From a virus (taxonomy: Duplodnaviria > Caudoviricetes): a stretch of 36,989 nt of DNA. Shown piece by piece: positions 26,711 to 34,144 of the stretch (positions are counted from its first letter, which is position 1; each line of letters begins with the position of its first letter). Location of the stretch: IMG/VR virus record IMGVR_UViG_3300044708_000192, positions 1 to 36,989 of that record, one strand, 5' to 3'. Under the pieces are notes generated by a model, which was not told where the DNA came from, made no database searches, and saw only the letters and a program-made list of their open reading frames with translations. The translations under genes were made by a program, and so were the position numbers.

Positions 26711-26950
26711 CTAAAACATCGGCTGCACGGCCAGGTGGTCTATTTGCGTGTCCATTTTAGCTGCATCTTTGGCTTGGCGCGACTCGGTGCTTGACTTAAT
26801 GAACGCCTCGATCGCCGCGCTGGTGATGCGCTGATCAGAGCCTACCGCAACCGTCTCGATCTTCCCCTCGCGAATCCACTTGTACACGGCGGCCCGCGTA
26901 ACCTTCAGCTTCTTCGCGACCTCGGGGATGGTGAAGTACTCTAGTTCCAT
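26711..26950 (-). CDS. Excisionase-family (HTH_17/MerR-like) DNA-binding protein, candidate repressor or directionality factor
   Basis: YFTIPEVAKKLKVTRAAVYKWIREGKIETVAVGSDQRITSAAIEAFI; GAGGAGG RBS. Confidence 0.88.
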   Translation of the reverse strand: MELEYFTIPEVAKKLKVTRAAVYKWIREGKIETVAVGSDQRITSAAIEAFIKSSTESRQAKDAAKMDTQIDHLAVQPMF

Positions 26951-26979
26951 CGGCATCCTCCTCTTTTCAGATTGACGCC

Positions 26980-27008
26980 AGCATACACTAATCAACTCTA
27001 GTTGTCAA
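26980..27008 (-). promoter_or_regulatory. Leftward sigma70-type promoter
   Basis: On the - strand: TTGACA-17 bp-TATGCT. Confidence 0.8.
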
Positions 27009-27038
27009 TGACAATATCGTCATTTTACGATAGAATGC

Positions 27039-27067
27039 TTGACTTTGTGTGGTAACGGGTGTATACT
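27039..27067 (+). promoter_or_regulatory. Rightward sigma70-type promoter
   Basis: TTGACT-17 bp-TATACT. Confidence 0.85.
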
Positions 27068-27109
27068 ACTGTCAACGGAACGAATTAGAGATAACCAGAG
27101 AGTACCGCA

Positions 27110-27316
27110 ATGACCACCCAGCAGCACAACACCATCGCCCGCATCCAGAGCCAGCACGAGGCCCAGCGCTTCGAGGCCAGCCAGGCCAGCCGGGCGGCGA
27201 CGCTGGCGACGCTGAAGGCGAACGCGCTGGAGCGGGCCGGCGAGCTGGCGCTCTTGGGTCGGTTCGCTGAGAGCAAGCGGGTCTTGGAGCTGAGCTACTT
27301 CAATCAGGAGGACTAG
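27110..27316 (+). CDS. Hypothetical early protein (68 aa)
   Basis: First ORF after the strong rightward promoter. Confidence 0.7.
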   Translation: MTTQQHNTIARIQSQHEAQRFEASQASRAATLATLKANALERAGELALLGRFAESKRVLELSYFNQED

Positions 27317-27320
27317 CCCA

Positions 27321-27773
27321 ATGCACACCCTCACCACCCTCCCCCTGGATACCTTCGCCACCGCCGCCTTTGCGGAGCTGCTCGCCGACGTGACCAGTCT
27401 GCTGACGGCAGCTCAGCAGCAGCAGCCCCAGGACAAAGAGGAAGTGGCCTTCTGGCGGCGGCAGCTGAACGCGCTGAACAAGGCCGAGTCGTACTTTGTG
27501 CAGGGCGTGCGCCCGACGATCAGCGGCCAGGCCTATTTGCTGGCAAGCGCCAGCCGGCCGGGCGCGCTTGTGCATCGGCTGACCAAGCAGGGCGGGATCG
27601 TGGTGTGCAGCTGCGAGGCCGGCCAGAAGGGCGCGCTCTGCTGGCACCATATGCTGGTCAATATCTTGGAGCGCGCGGCCGAGCTGGAGACGCTGGCCAA
27701 CGACGAAGCCGCGCAGCGCCTCTCCCGGAAGATCAGCGAGACGCGGGCGCGCGTCTACCGCGAGGCCGCGTAG
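27321..27773 (+). CDS. SWIM zinc-finger protein
   Basis: CSCEAGQKGALCWH matches the CxCx(n)CxH SWIM motif; AGGAGG RBS. Confidence 0.8.
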   Translation: MHTLTTLPLDTFATAAFAELLADVTSLLTAAQQQQPQDKEEVAFWRRQLNALNKAESYFVQGVRPTISGQAYLLASASRPGALVHRLTKQGGIVVCSCEAGQKGALCWHHMLVNILERAAELETLANDEAAQRLSRKISETRARVYREAA

Positions 27774-28253
27774 ATGTGGCCGTGGAACGCCAGCACGCAG
27801 GGCCACCTGTACATCTTTCACTTTACCGCGCCGCTGGGCAACCTTGCGAACGCCCGCGCGCAGGCCTCGCACTACTGCGGCTTCGCAGAGGACTTGGACG
27901 CGCGGATCGCCAAGCAGCTGGCCGGCAAGGGCGCCAAGCTGGTGGCGGCCGCGCTGAAACAGGGTCTGGTCTTCGAGCTGTACCACTGGCCGGCGTGTCT
28001 CGCCACCGAGAAGCTGATCAAGAAGACCAAGAAGACCAGCCTCTACTGCCCGGCCTGCTGCGCAGCGAAAGGTCGCAAGCCCAGAGCGCTGCCGATCCCG
28101 CCTCCTGTCGAGCAGCTGGTGATGGACTTGGACGATGCCGTGCTGCCCGCGATCGAGCTCGGCCGCATGGACTGGATCGAGATGAAGATCCAGCAGGAGT
28201 GGCGGGTGCGGCGCATTCCCGCGCCGGCGGGGATTGACGATGATCTGCTGTGA
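27774..28253 (+). CDS. GIY-YIG-like endonuclease with C-terminal CxxC
   Basis: LYIFHF...HYCGFAEDLDARIAKQLAGKGAKL...EKLIKK follows the GIY-YIG pattern. Confidence 0.7.
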   Translation: MWPWNASTQGHLYIFHFTAPLGNLANARAQASHYCGFAEDLDARIAKQLAGKGAKLVAAALKQGLVFELYHWPACLATEKLIKKTKKTSLYCPACCAAKGRKPRALPIPPPVEQLVMDLDDAVLPAIELGRMDWIEMKIQQEWRVRRIPAPAGIDDDLL

Positions 28254-28343
28254 TGGTTTCGCGGCGTAAGTGGCATCGATAATACTTTAGCGCTATCTAC
28301 AATAATCGAAATGATGACAACAGGAAGAAAGTGAGGCCAATGT

Positions 28344-28586
28344 ATGCAACGCAACCAGATCGCCGCTATCCGTGAATTACTCGATCGCGCTGACTATTCG
28401 ACAACGGTCACGCCGACGCAGATCGGACAGATACTGATCGCGCTCAACACATTAACCGATCTTGTCGAAACACTGCTGCCGCCGCCTCTCGCGGTCGACC
28501 CGCTTGCATCAGCGCGACACGAGTACCAGGCCGAACGCCGGATTGACGAGTGGAGCGCCTATCACGCACAGGAAAGCGACCAATAA
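28344..28586 (+). CDS. Hypothetical protein (80 aa)
   Basis: GAGG RBS after an AT-rich intergenic region. Confidence 0.65.
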   Translation: MQRNQIAAIRELLDRADYSTTVTPTQIGQILIALNTLTDLVETLLPPPLAVDPLASARHEYQAERRIDEWSAYHAQESDQ

Positions 28587-28733
28587 GCCAGCTGAAAGGA
28601 ACCGACCGATGGACGACACCCCGCCAACCGAGACCGCCCCGATTGGCAACGGCCCGATCGGCCCGATCGAACCGATTGAGAACCCGAACGATTAACGTAG
28701 TACAATCAACTCAACAACGAAAGCGAAACGACG

Positions 28734-29177
28734 ATGAGCGAACTCTCTGAGCCCTGCATCCCCAGCTGCCAGGTCGAAATCAACGGCTTCACCTGGACAA
28801 TCTACGCGACCACCACGAAAGAGACGATCGACCGCATCGAGCTGGTCTCACGCGCGCTCACGAAGCGCGGCTACAGCGCACCCAAGCGACCTTCCTTCGG
28901 TGGTGGGAAGCCACCGCAGAAGCCGCTGACGAAACCGCTGATTAATCAGGACGGCGATCCGTGCTGCACCCACCACACGCGCTTCGACGGCCAGCCGCTG
29001 CCGCTGCGCTGGGTGGAGGCGCGCGGGGATCTGCCGGGCTTCTGGGGCTGCAAGTCCAAAGCGACCGGCGTGCCAGGTGAGCAGGTCAACCAGAAGGGCT
29101 ATTGCTCGCTCCGCTTCGATTGGCCGGCCTCGGAAGCGCCACAGAACGGCGCGCACGCGGGCGGCGTGAAGCGATGA
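28734..29177 (+). CDS. Hypothetical protein with C-terminal Zn-binding motif
   Basis: CCTHH...FWGC...YC; ATGA coupling to the next gene. Confidence 0.75.
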   Translation: MSELSEPCIPSCQVEINGFTWTIYATTTKETIDRIELVSRALTKRGYSAPKRPSFGGGKPPQKPLTKPLINQDGDPCCTHHTRFDGQPLPLRWVEARGDLPGFWGCKSKATGVPGEQVNQKGYCSLRFDWPASEAPQNGAHAGGVKR

Positions 29178-29434
29178 GCGACCATTGGCAGACACGCGCG
29201 GAGCAGGCCGAGCTTGCGGCGTTTCGCCTGCAAACAAAGATCCGCTTCCTGGTCGACGACGTGCGCGCCTACATCGCCCGCGAGCGCCGCTCCGCAGGCC
29301 GCAGCGAGCGCCTGGCGGCGCTCGCGCAGTCGGCGGGCATCGCCGAGGCCGTGCTGCGTGAGGATGAACCGTGGCGCGCAGTCGCGATGCAGATCGCGCT
29401 GCTGGAAGAGCGCGCAGGACACGATGACGGATGA
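29174..29434 (+). CDS. Hypothetical protein (86 aa, MSDHWQ...)
   Basis: ATGA coupling at 29174. Confidence 0.65.
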   Translation: MSDHWQTRAEQAELAAFRLQTKIRFLVDDVRAYIARERRSAGRSERLAALAQSAGIAEAVLREDEPWRAVAMQIALLEERAGHDDG

Positions 29435-29457
29435 CGGATGACGGATGACAGATGATG
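29423..29457. repeat. Heptamer tandem repeat (GATGACG)x5, last two copies degenerate
   Basis: GATGACG GATGACG GATGACG GATGACA GATGATG. Confidence 0.9.
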
Positions 29458-29722
29458 GCTGTGCTACAATAGCTGCACCGCACGCACGCACGCAGTCGGA
29501 ACCGCCGCGATCCGCACCATGGGTCGCGGCGGTCTTGCGTCCGCCGGCGTCGCGCTTTTACCACCTGTCGGATTAGGTATGCTAGAATAGCGCCAACGAA
29601 AAACGCACCCCTCGCTTGCAGGCAGGGTGCGCTTCTCTGTACCTAATTGTTGCGCGTGCGCGCGTTGCTATTCTAGCACCCTGCGTGCGTGGAAGCAAGC
29701 GCGGCGCGGCAGGGAGCAAGCT

Positions 29723-30730
29723 ATGACTGTCCCCGAAGACGCAAACGCTCAACCAGCAGAAGCGCAGAAACCAGACACTGACGAAATGCCGGCGCATGCC
29801 GATCCAGTTATGATAAACCAACAAGAGCCAGCACTTTCCGCACTACCCTTATCGGATCCTCCTGTGCCTGCGCTTCCCAAGGTGGTAGATGATGAATTGT
29901 CTCAATGGGTCGAGCAAAGTACGGCTCGGCAGCAACTTAAACTGGAGCGAAGTAGCCGGGTGAAAGAAGTACGGCGACGCCCTCTGCATCACCTCATTAT
30001 TTCCTCCGAAAATCTTCGTGAGTTGGTTGAGATTATTGAGGAGCAGAGAAATACACTCGATCCTGCGAAAACAACTGCGCCGAAATACGCGATTGATACC
30101 ATGGATGGCGCTAGTTATGAAAGCAGCTCGGCGGCTATTTTTGCCCCCTCACAAATCGTCGACACCCACCAAATTCAGCATGTCCACATCGATTGGTTTA
30201 GCTCAGATGATATGACTATCGCTGGATGGATAAGAATCGATATACGTCAAGGGGATTATAGCGGTTCAGATATTCGCATTGAGAGCTATGACCGTACTTG
30301 GGTTAATGGTGTCATGGGCCGTTTTGAGAATATGATAGCCCATTGGGAAAGACAATCACGCTGGCCGCGATGGTTTGCCTGGCCAATTGCACTCATATTA
30401 GCATATGGATTCGGACGTCTCGCGCTTTCTCTTCTGGTTTTTGTCATCACAGGTAGCTGGTCGCTGCCTACGCCACGGCAGCAAATAGATCAGCGTTCGC
30501 TCTCATTCATTACTTTCTTAGGGGCGATGCTGTTCGGAATATTTCCAGCGGCTTTCTTTCTTTATCAATTCTACGATCTATGGCCTAGTATTGAGTTTCG
30601 TACTGGACGCGAACACGAACAGAAGTACCGTCGGCGTCGAGTATGGTTATGGGGCTTTGTCGTCGTTTTTATCGTTCCTATTCTGTCGACACTGGCTTAC
30701 GATTTGATTAGGTGGCTTATTGGATTATAA
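29723..30730 (+). CDS. Low-GC moron: membrane protein with soluble N-terminal domain and three C-terminal TM helices (335 aa)
   Basis: GGGAG RBS before ATG 29723; clearly AT-richer than the genome; hydrophobic segments FAWPIALILAYG..., FITFLGAMLFGIF... and VWLWGFVVVFIVPIL... Confidence 0.8.
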   Translation: MTVPEDANAQPAEAQKPDTDEMPAHADPVMINQQEPALSALPLSDPPVPALPKVVDDELSQWVEQSTARQQLKLERSSRVKEVRRRPLHHLIISSENLRELVEIIEEQRNTLDPAKTTAPKYAIDTMDGASYESSSAAIFAPSQIVDTHQIQHVHIDWFSSDDMTIAGWIRIDIRQGDYSGSDIRIESYDRTWVNGVMGRFENMIAHWERQSRWPRWFAWPIALILAYGFGRLALSLLVFVITGSWSLPTPRQQIDQRSLSFITFLGAMLFGIFPAAFFLYQFYDLWPSIEFRTGREHEQKYRRRRVWLWGFVVVFIVPILSTLAYDLIRWLIGL

Positions 30731-30811
30731 GCTGGCACTCGATCCGGCGCCCGCCGCGAGCGCGCCCGCCGCTGGCTCCAGGCCTGCGCGGCTATCCGGC
30801 GCTCAGCAACC

Positions 30812-30840
30812 TTGACCACGGCGCACGGCTGTGCTATCCT
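30812..30840 (+). promoter_or_regulatory. Promoter upstream of the tRNA-like element
   Basis: TTGACC-17 bp-TATCCT with an extended TG. Confidence 0.7.
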
Positions 30841-30875
30841 TGCGGCGCGGGGCAGACCAGACGCCCCGCCGACAG

Positions 30876-30958
30876 GTCAAGGTAGCTCAGAGGCCAGAGC
30901 AGCATGACGGGTATCGTCCCTGTGTAGGTCGGAGGTTCGACTCCTCCCCTTGGCGTCA
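30876..30958 (+). tRNA. tRNA-like RNA with non-canonical 24-nt anticodon arm (undetermined isotype or pseudo-tRNA)
   Basis: Acceptor GTCAAGG/CCTTGGC; D-arm GCTC-AGAGGCCA-GAGC; variable loop AGGTC; T-arm GGAGG-TTCGACT-CCTCC; 3' end G-TCA. Confidence 0.75.
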
Positions 30959-31102
30959 ATACCCACAAGCATGTGGGGCGGCGCGACGATCGCGATCGGG
31001 TGTGCGGCATGGTGCTCGGCAGCACGATCCATGCCTCAGTCTTGGACGCAAAGAGCTGCCTCCGATCGTCGCCACGGGCCAGCTGGGCCGCCCGAACGAA
31101 TG

Positions 31103-31143
31103 ACAAAGACCATGGTTCTCTTATCAAGAACCATGGTCTTTGT
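31103..31143. repeat. Perfect 17-bp inverted repeat with 7-bp spacer (terminator or recombination site)
   Basis: ACAAAGACCATGGTTCT-cttatca-AGAACCATGGTCTTTGT. Confidence 0.9.
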
Positions 31144-31287
31144 TTGCATGACACAGGCCGGGCCTACGCCTGGGTCACCACACCTCCGACGCACGCCCGG
31201 CCTGATTGCGCACTATTCTAGCACAAACATGTTGACCGTTATGGTAAACTGATTACACCACACCTCCGGCGCCCCGAGTCCACCCGC

Positions 31288-31659
31288 ATGTCGCACAACG
31301 CGCAATTTCTGCCGCTTGAGATTCGCAGCTCGATCGATGAGCTGCGCGCGCTCGGCGCGCCCGACAGCGCGCTCGATCTGCTGATTATGCGCATCCTCAA
31401 GGCCAGCGAAGACAAGACCACCCGGTTGCAGCATGCGATCGTCCAGATTGAGGACAGCATGCAGGCGAGATTGGATGCGATCGACGCTGCGCTGGCGGCC
31501 GATCTGCGCACGCTGCAAGAATCCTTTGACGTTTCAGCGCCGCTGCTGGCCAACGTGAGCGCCGACATCGCCAACATCAAGCACACGATAGCGCGCATGC
31601 GCGAACGCTGGCCGGAGGTCGAGGCGCTGCTGGACATGGAGCATGAGGCGGGCGCGTGA
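31288..31659 (+). CDS. Coiled-coil hypothetical protein (123 aa)
   Basis: First ORF of the late + strand block; TG-g-TAAACT extended -10 at 31242-31250. Confidence 0.7.
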   Translation: MSHNAQFLPLEIRSSIDELRALGAPDSALDLLIMRILKASEDKTTRLQHAIVQIEDSMQARLDAIDAALAADLRTLQESFDVSAPLLANVSADIANIKHTIARMRERWPEVEALLDMEHEAGA

Positions 31660-32042
31660 TGCGTGACGAGGCCTTAGCCAAGATTCGCCAGGCGAAGATC
31701 CGGCGGCTGGAACATATCGAGATCCAGATCGCCAGCGCCGGCGACATGCACGCCCCCGTCGAGCTGCTGAACGAGCGCGAGGATCTGCGGCGCGAGGTCG
31801 GCATCGTCGGCGCGGTCGCCGACGGCAATATCGACGACAGCACGCGCAAGCTCCTCCGGCGCTACGACCAGGCCGACTTGAATCTCAACGTGATGACCAA
31901 TCTGGTGCAGCGCGTGACGCACATCGAGGAGTGGCTGACCGTCGATCGCGGCGAGCGCGGGCGGCGCCAACTGTACCTCAATCTCTGGCTGGGAGCCATG
32001 ACCATTCTGCTGCTGGCGCAGCTGATCGGCAGGTGGCTATGA
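31656..32042 (+). CDS. Hypothetical protein with C-terminal TM helix
   Basis: LYLNLWLGAMTILLLAQLIG; coupled on both sides. Confidence 0.7.
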   Translation: MMRDEALAKIRQAKIRRLEHIEIQIASAGDMHAPVELLNEREDLRREVGIVGAVADGNIDDSTRKLLRRYDQADLNLNVMTNLVQRVTHIEEWLTVDRGERGRRQLYLNLWLGAMTILLLAQLIGRWL

Positions 32043-32347
32043 CCGAGCGCCAGTATCTGCTCGACCGCTGTTTGCGCCTGGAGGCGCGGCTGCTTGGCGT
32101 CGAGGTTGCGCCGTTTGACCCGGCCACGGACGAAGCGCCACCTGAGCCGGCCCGCCCACCCACGTTCGTGGGGAAGCGCTACCGCAAGGTCACAGCGGAG
32201 GATGCGCGCACGATGCGCGTGCTGCGTGAGCAGGGGCTGAGTTATTACGCGATTGCCAAGCGCCTCGGGTTTGGCTACTCGACCGTGCGCGTGTATGCGT
32301 GGAATGTATGGGTGGCGCCGCTCAGCGCGCGCGCCGTGGGGGAATAA
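32039..32347 (+). CDS. Small HTH protein (102 aa)
   Basis: LREQGLSYYAIAKRLGFGYSTVRVY. Confidence 0.75.
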   Translation: MTERQYLLDRCLRLEARLLGVEVAPFDPATDEAPPEPARPPTFVGKRYRKVTAEDARTMRVLREQGLSYYAIAKRLGFGYSTVRVYAWNVWVAPLSARAVGE

Positions 32348-32351
32348 GGGG

Positions 32352-33221
32352 ATGTCCGCATTCGCCTACATCGGCCAGGCCAAGACCGGCCAGGAATTCA
32401 TTGACTACGTCCAGACCTACGACTTCGGCAGCGTGCCGCCGTCGTTTGTGGTCATCCACAACAGCGCCAACCCCGACGCCTCGTGGGCGCCGCTGAGCGG
32501 CGATCCGGGCACCAAGTGGGATCGCAACGAGGCCGGGCTGAGTAGTGAGCAGATCAAAGCCAAACGGAAGCCGCAGCTCGATAACATCAAAAACTACTAC
32601 GTCTCACTCGGCTGGACGACCGGGCCGCACCTGTTTATCGACGAGCGCTGGATCTGGCTGTTCACGCCGATGTACGAGGTGGGCACCCACGCGAAAGCGG
32701 GCAACAGCTACCACGATGCGCAGGGCAAGCTGCACTACTCGATCGGGATCGAGACGATCGGCTACTTTCAACACAACGGCTGGCCGGACAGCATGCAGAA
32801 GCTCTTGCAAATAGCTGTTCAATCGCTCCGCGATCGGCTGAAGAATTTCGAGATTGTGTACCACAGCGCGCCCGCCAACCGGCCCGATCTCCACGATCAT
32901 CAGATCAGCTTTCACAACGACTACAACAAACCGGAGTGCCCGGGCGCGGTCATCACGCCGCAGTACGCGATTCCGATCCTGCAGAAGTCCTACCAGACGG
33001 TGTATTCGCAGCTGCGCATCGTCGCGCCATGCGCCGTGTTCACGGCTCCTGACCCCGATAGCCCGCTGGCCAGTGGGCCGGACAACGGTATGACCACGCT
33101 CGCGCCGGGGGCAGTCGTGAACATCGGACAACAGCAGGATGGCTGGTTGCATGTCGCGCCGAATACGACCGACCCGCCCGGCATCGGGTTTATCCCGGCC
33201 AGCTATGCGCGGCCGCTATGA
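32352..33221 (+). CDS. Endolysin: N-acetylmuramoyl-L-alanine amidase (Amidase_2-like) with C-terminal SH3b-like domain
   Basis: VVIHNS, PHLFID, GTHAK, SIGIE and FHND...ECPG Zn-amidase motifs; 'GAVVNIGQQQDGWLHV...GFIPASY'. Confidence 0.88.
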   Translation: MSAFAYIGQAKTGQEFIDYVQTYDFGSVPPSFVVIHNSANPDASWAPLSGDPGTKWDRNEAGLSSEQIKAKRKPQLDNIKNYYVSLGWTTGPHLFIDERWIWLFTPMYEVGTHAKAGNSYHDAQGKLHYSIGIETIGYFQHNGWPDSMQKLLQIAVQSLRDRLKNFEIVYHSAPANRPDLHDHQISFHNDYNKPECPGAVITPQYAIPILQKSYQTVYSQLRIVAPCAVFTAPDPDSPLASGPDNGMTTLAPGAVVNIGQQQDGWLHVAPNTTDPPGIGFIPASYARPL

Positions 33222-33424
33222 CCGCGCGCTACGCCGTGCGCGATCTGATCGTCGCGTATCTGCGGCGCGCGGCGGGTGAGCGCACGGTGACCAAGATCAT
33301 TCGCTATATGTGGGCTGAGCACCAGGTCAATGCGAACGTGACCCGTACAACGATCTACCGGCTCGTGCAGGATGGCCAGGTCATCAGGGTCGAGCGCGGG
33401 CGCTACGCCGCGGCGTCGTCGTGA
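33218..33424 (+). CDS. Small winged-helix protein
   Basis: VTRTTIYRLVQDGQVIRVERGRY. Confidence 0.75.
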   Translation: MTARYAVRDLIVAYLRRAAGERTVTKIIRYMWAEHQVNANVTRTTIYRLVQDGQVIRVERGRYAAASS

Positions 33425-33531
33425 GGCTCCGCAGGCCGCACATCATCATCATCGCGCTTGGCGCGGTCTGCTGGGTCGCGATCTGGTATCTGGCCGGGAG
33501 CATTCTCTGGTGGTTTTTTGGAGGGAGGTAA
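33421..33531 (+). CDS. 36-aa single-TM peptide (MRLRRPHIIIIALGAVCWVAIWYLAGSILWWFFGGR), lysis-accessory candidate
   Basis: GTGA coupling; fills the gap between neighbours; hydrophobic; below the ORF-track cutoff. Confidence 0.55.
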   Translation: MRLRRPHIIIIALGAVCWVAIWYLAGSILWWFFGGR

Positions 33532-33535
33532 CGCG

Positions 33536-33715
33536 ATGCAACTCACAATCATTGGCCCGGTGCTGATCGCGCTGGTGTTCGGCCTGGTCGTTAGCGCGGT
33601 CGAGCTCTTAATCGCGGGCGCGGGCGGGCCGTGGCCGGTGCGCGCATGGCTGGCCAGGGCGTGGGTGTACGCCTGTTTCTGCTACATCATCCTGTTTGGG
33701 ATTATCAAGGTCTGA
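33536..33715 (+). CDS. 59-aa two-TM protein, holin candidate
   Basis: GGGAGG RBS; two hydrophobic helices; near the endolysin. Confidence 0.55.
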   Translation: MQLTIIGPVLIALVFGLVVSAVELLIAGAGGPWPVRAWLARAWVYACFCYIILFGIIKV

Positions 33716-33718
33716 CCC

Positions 33719-34144
33719 ATGCCGCGCGATACGACCGACCCGACGATCAAGGCGGCGGCGCTGGCCGATCTGTTGAGTGGCGAGCAGCCGGCGGTGGTTG
33801 CAGCGCGCTACGGGCTGAATCGGCAGACGGTGAAGGCATGGAAGACGCGGATCGCCGGCGATCTGCAACCGACAATGCAACCGCCTAACACCGTGGTTGT
33901 GCAACCGATTCGCCACCCGAGCATTGAGGACTATCAGCGGCGGATACACGATCTGATGTATCGCCTGCTTATCGCGAAACTGGAAGCAAGTGAACGGCTG
34001 GCACAGCATACAACAACCGGATGGCTTAACAGCCAAAGCGCGGACGGTGTGGCAGAGCTGGGGGACTACCTCGATCGTACTGCCGCAGGCATCCTTGCCC
34101 TTTTCGTTCGACGACCAGACGGCGGCGACAGCCCCGAGAGCTGA
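33719..34144 (+). CDS. terS: Terminase small subunit (HTH)
   Basis: N-terminal HTH (GEQPAVVAARYGLNRQTVKAWK); directly upstream of and overlapping terL. Confidence 0.75.
   Translation: MPRDTTDPTIKAAALADLLSGEQPAVVAARYGLNRQTVKAWKTRIAGDLQPTMQPPNTVVVQPIRHPSIEDYQRRIHDLMYRLLIAKLEASERLAQHTTTGWLNSQSADGVAELGDYLDRTAAGILALFVRRPDGGDSPES

Noticed and set aside
27300-27986. Long opposite-strand and alternate-frame ORFs throughout (e.g. 27300..27986 -, 5246..5989 -, 33608..34294 -)
   Set aside because: These are Arg/Pro/Ala-rich shadow ORFs expected in high-GC DNA, and they overlap better-supported coupled genes.
31107-31139. LexA (GAAC-N4-GTTC) boxes in the palindrome arms or at 31224-31235
   Set aside because: Only one half-site matches in each case, or the spacing is wrong.
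32352-33715. Lysis genes upstream of the terminase as a novelty
   Set aside because: The same order occurs in lambdoid and many other phages.
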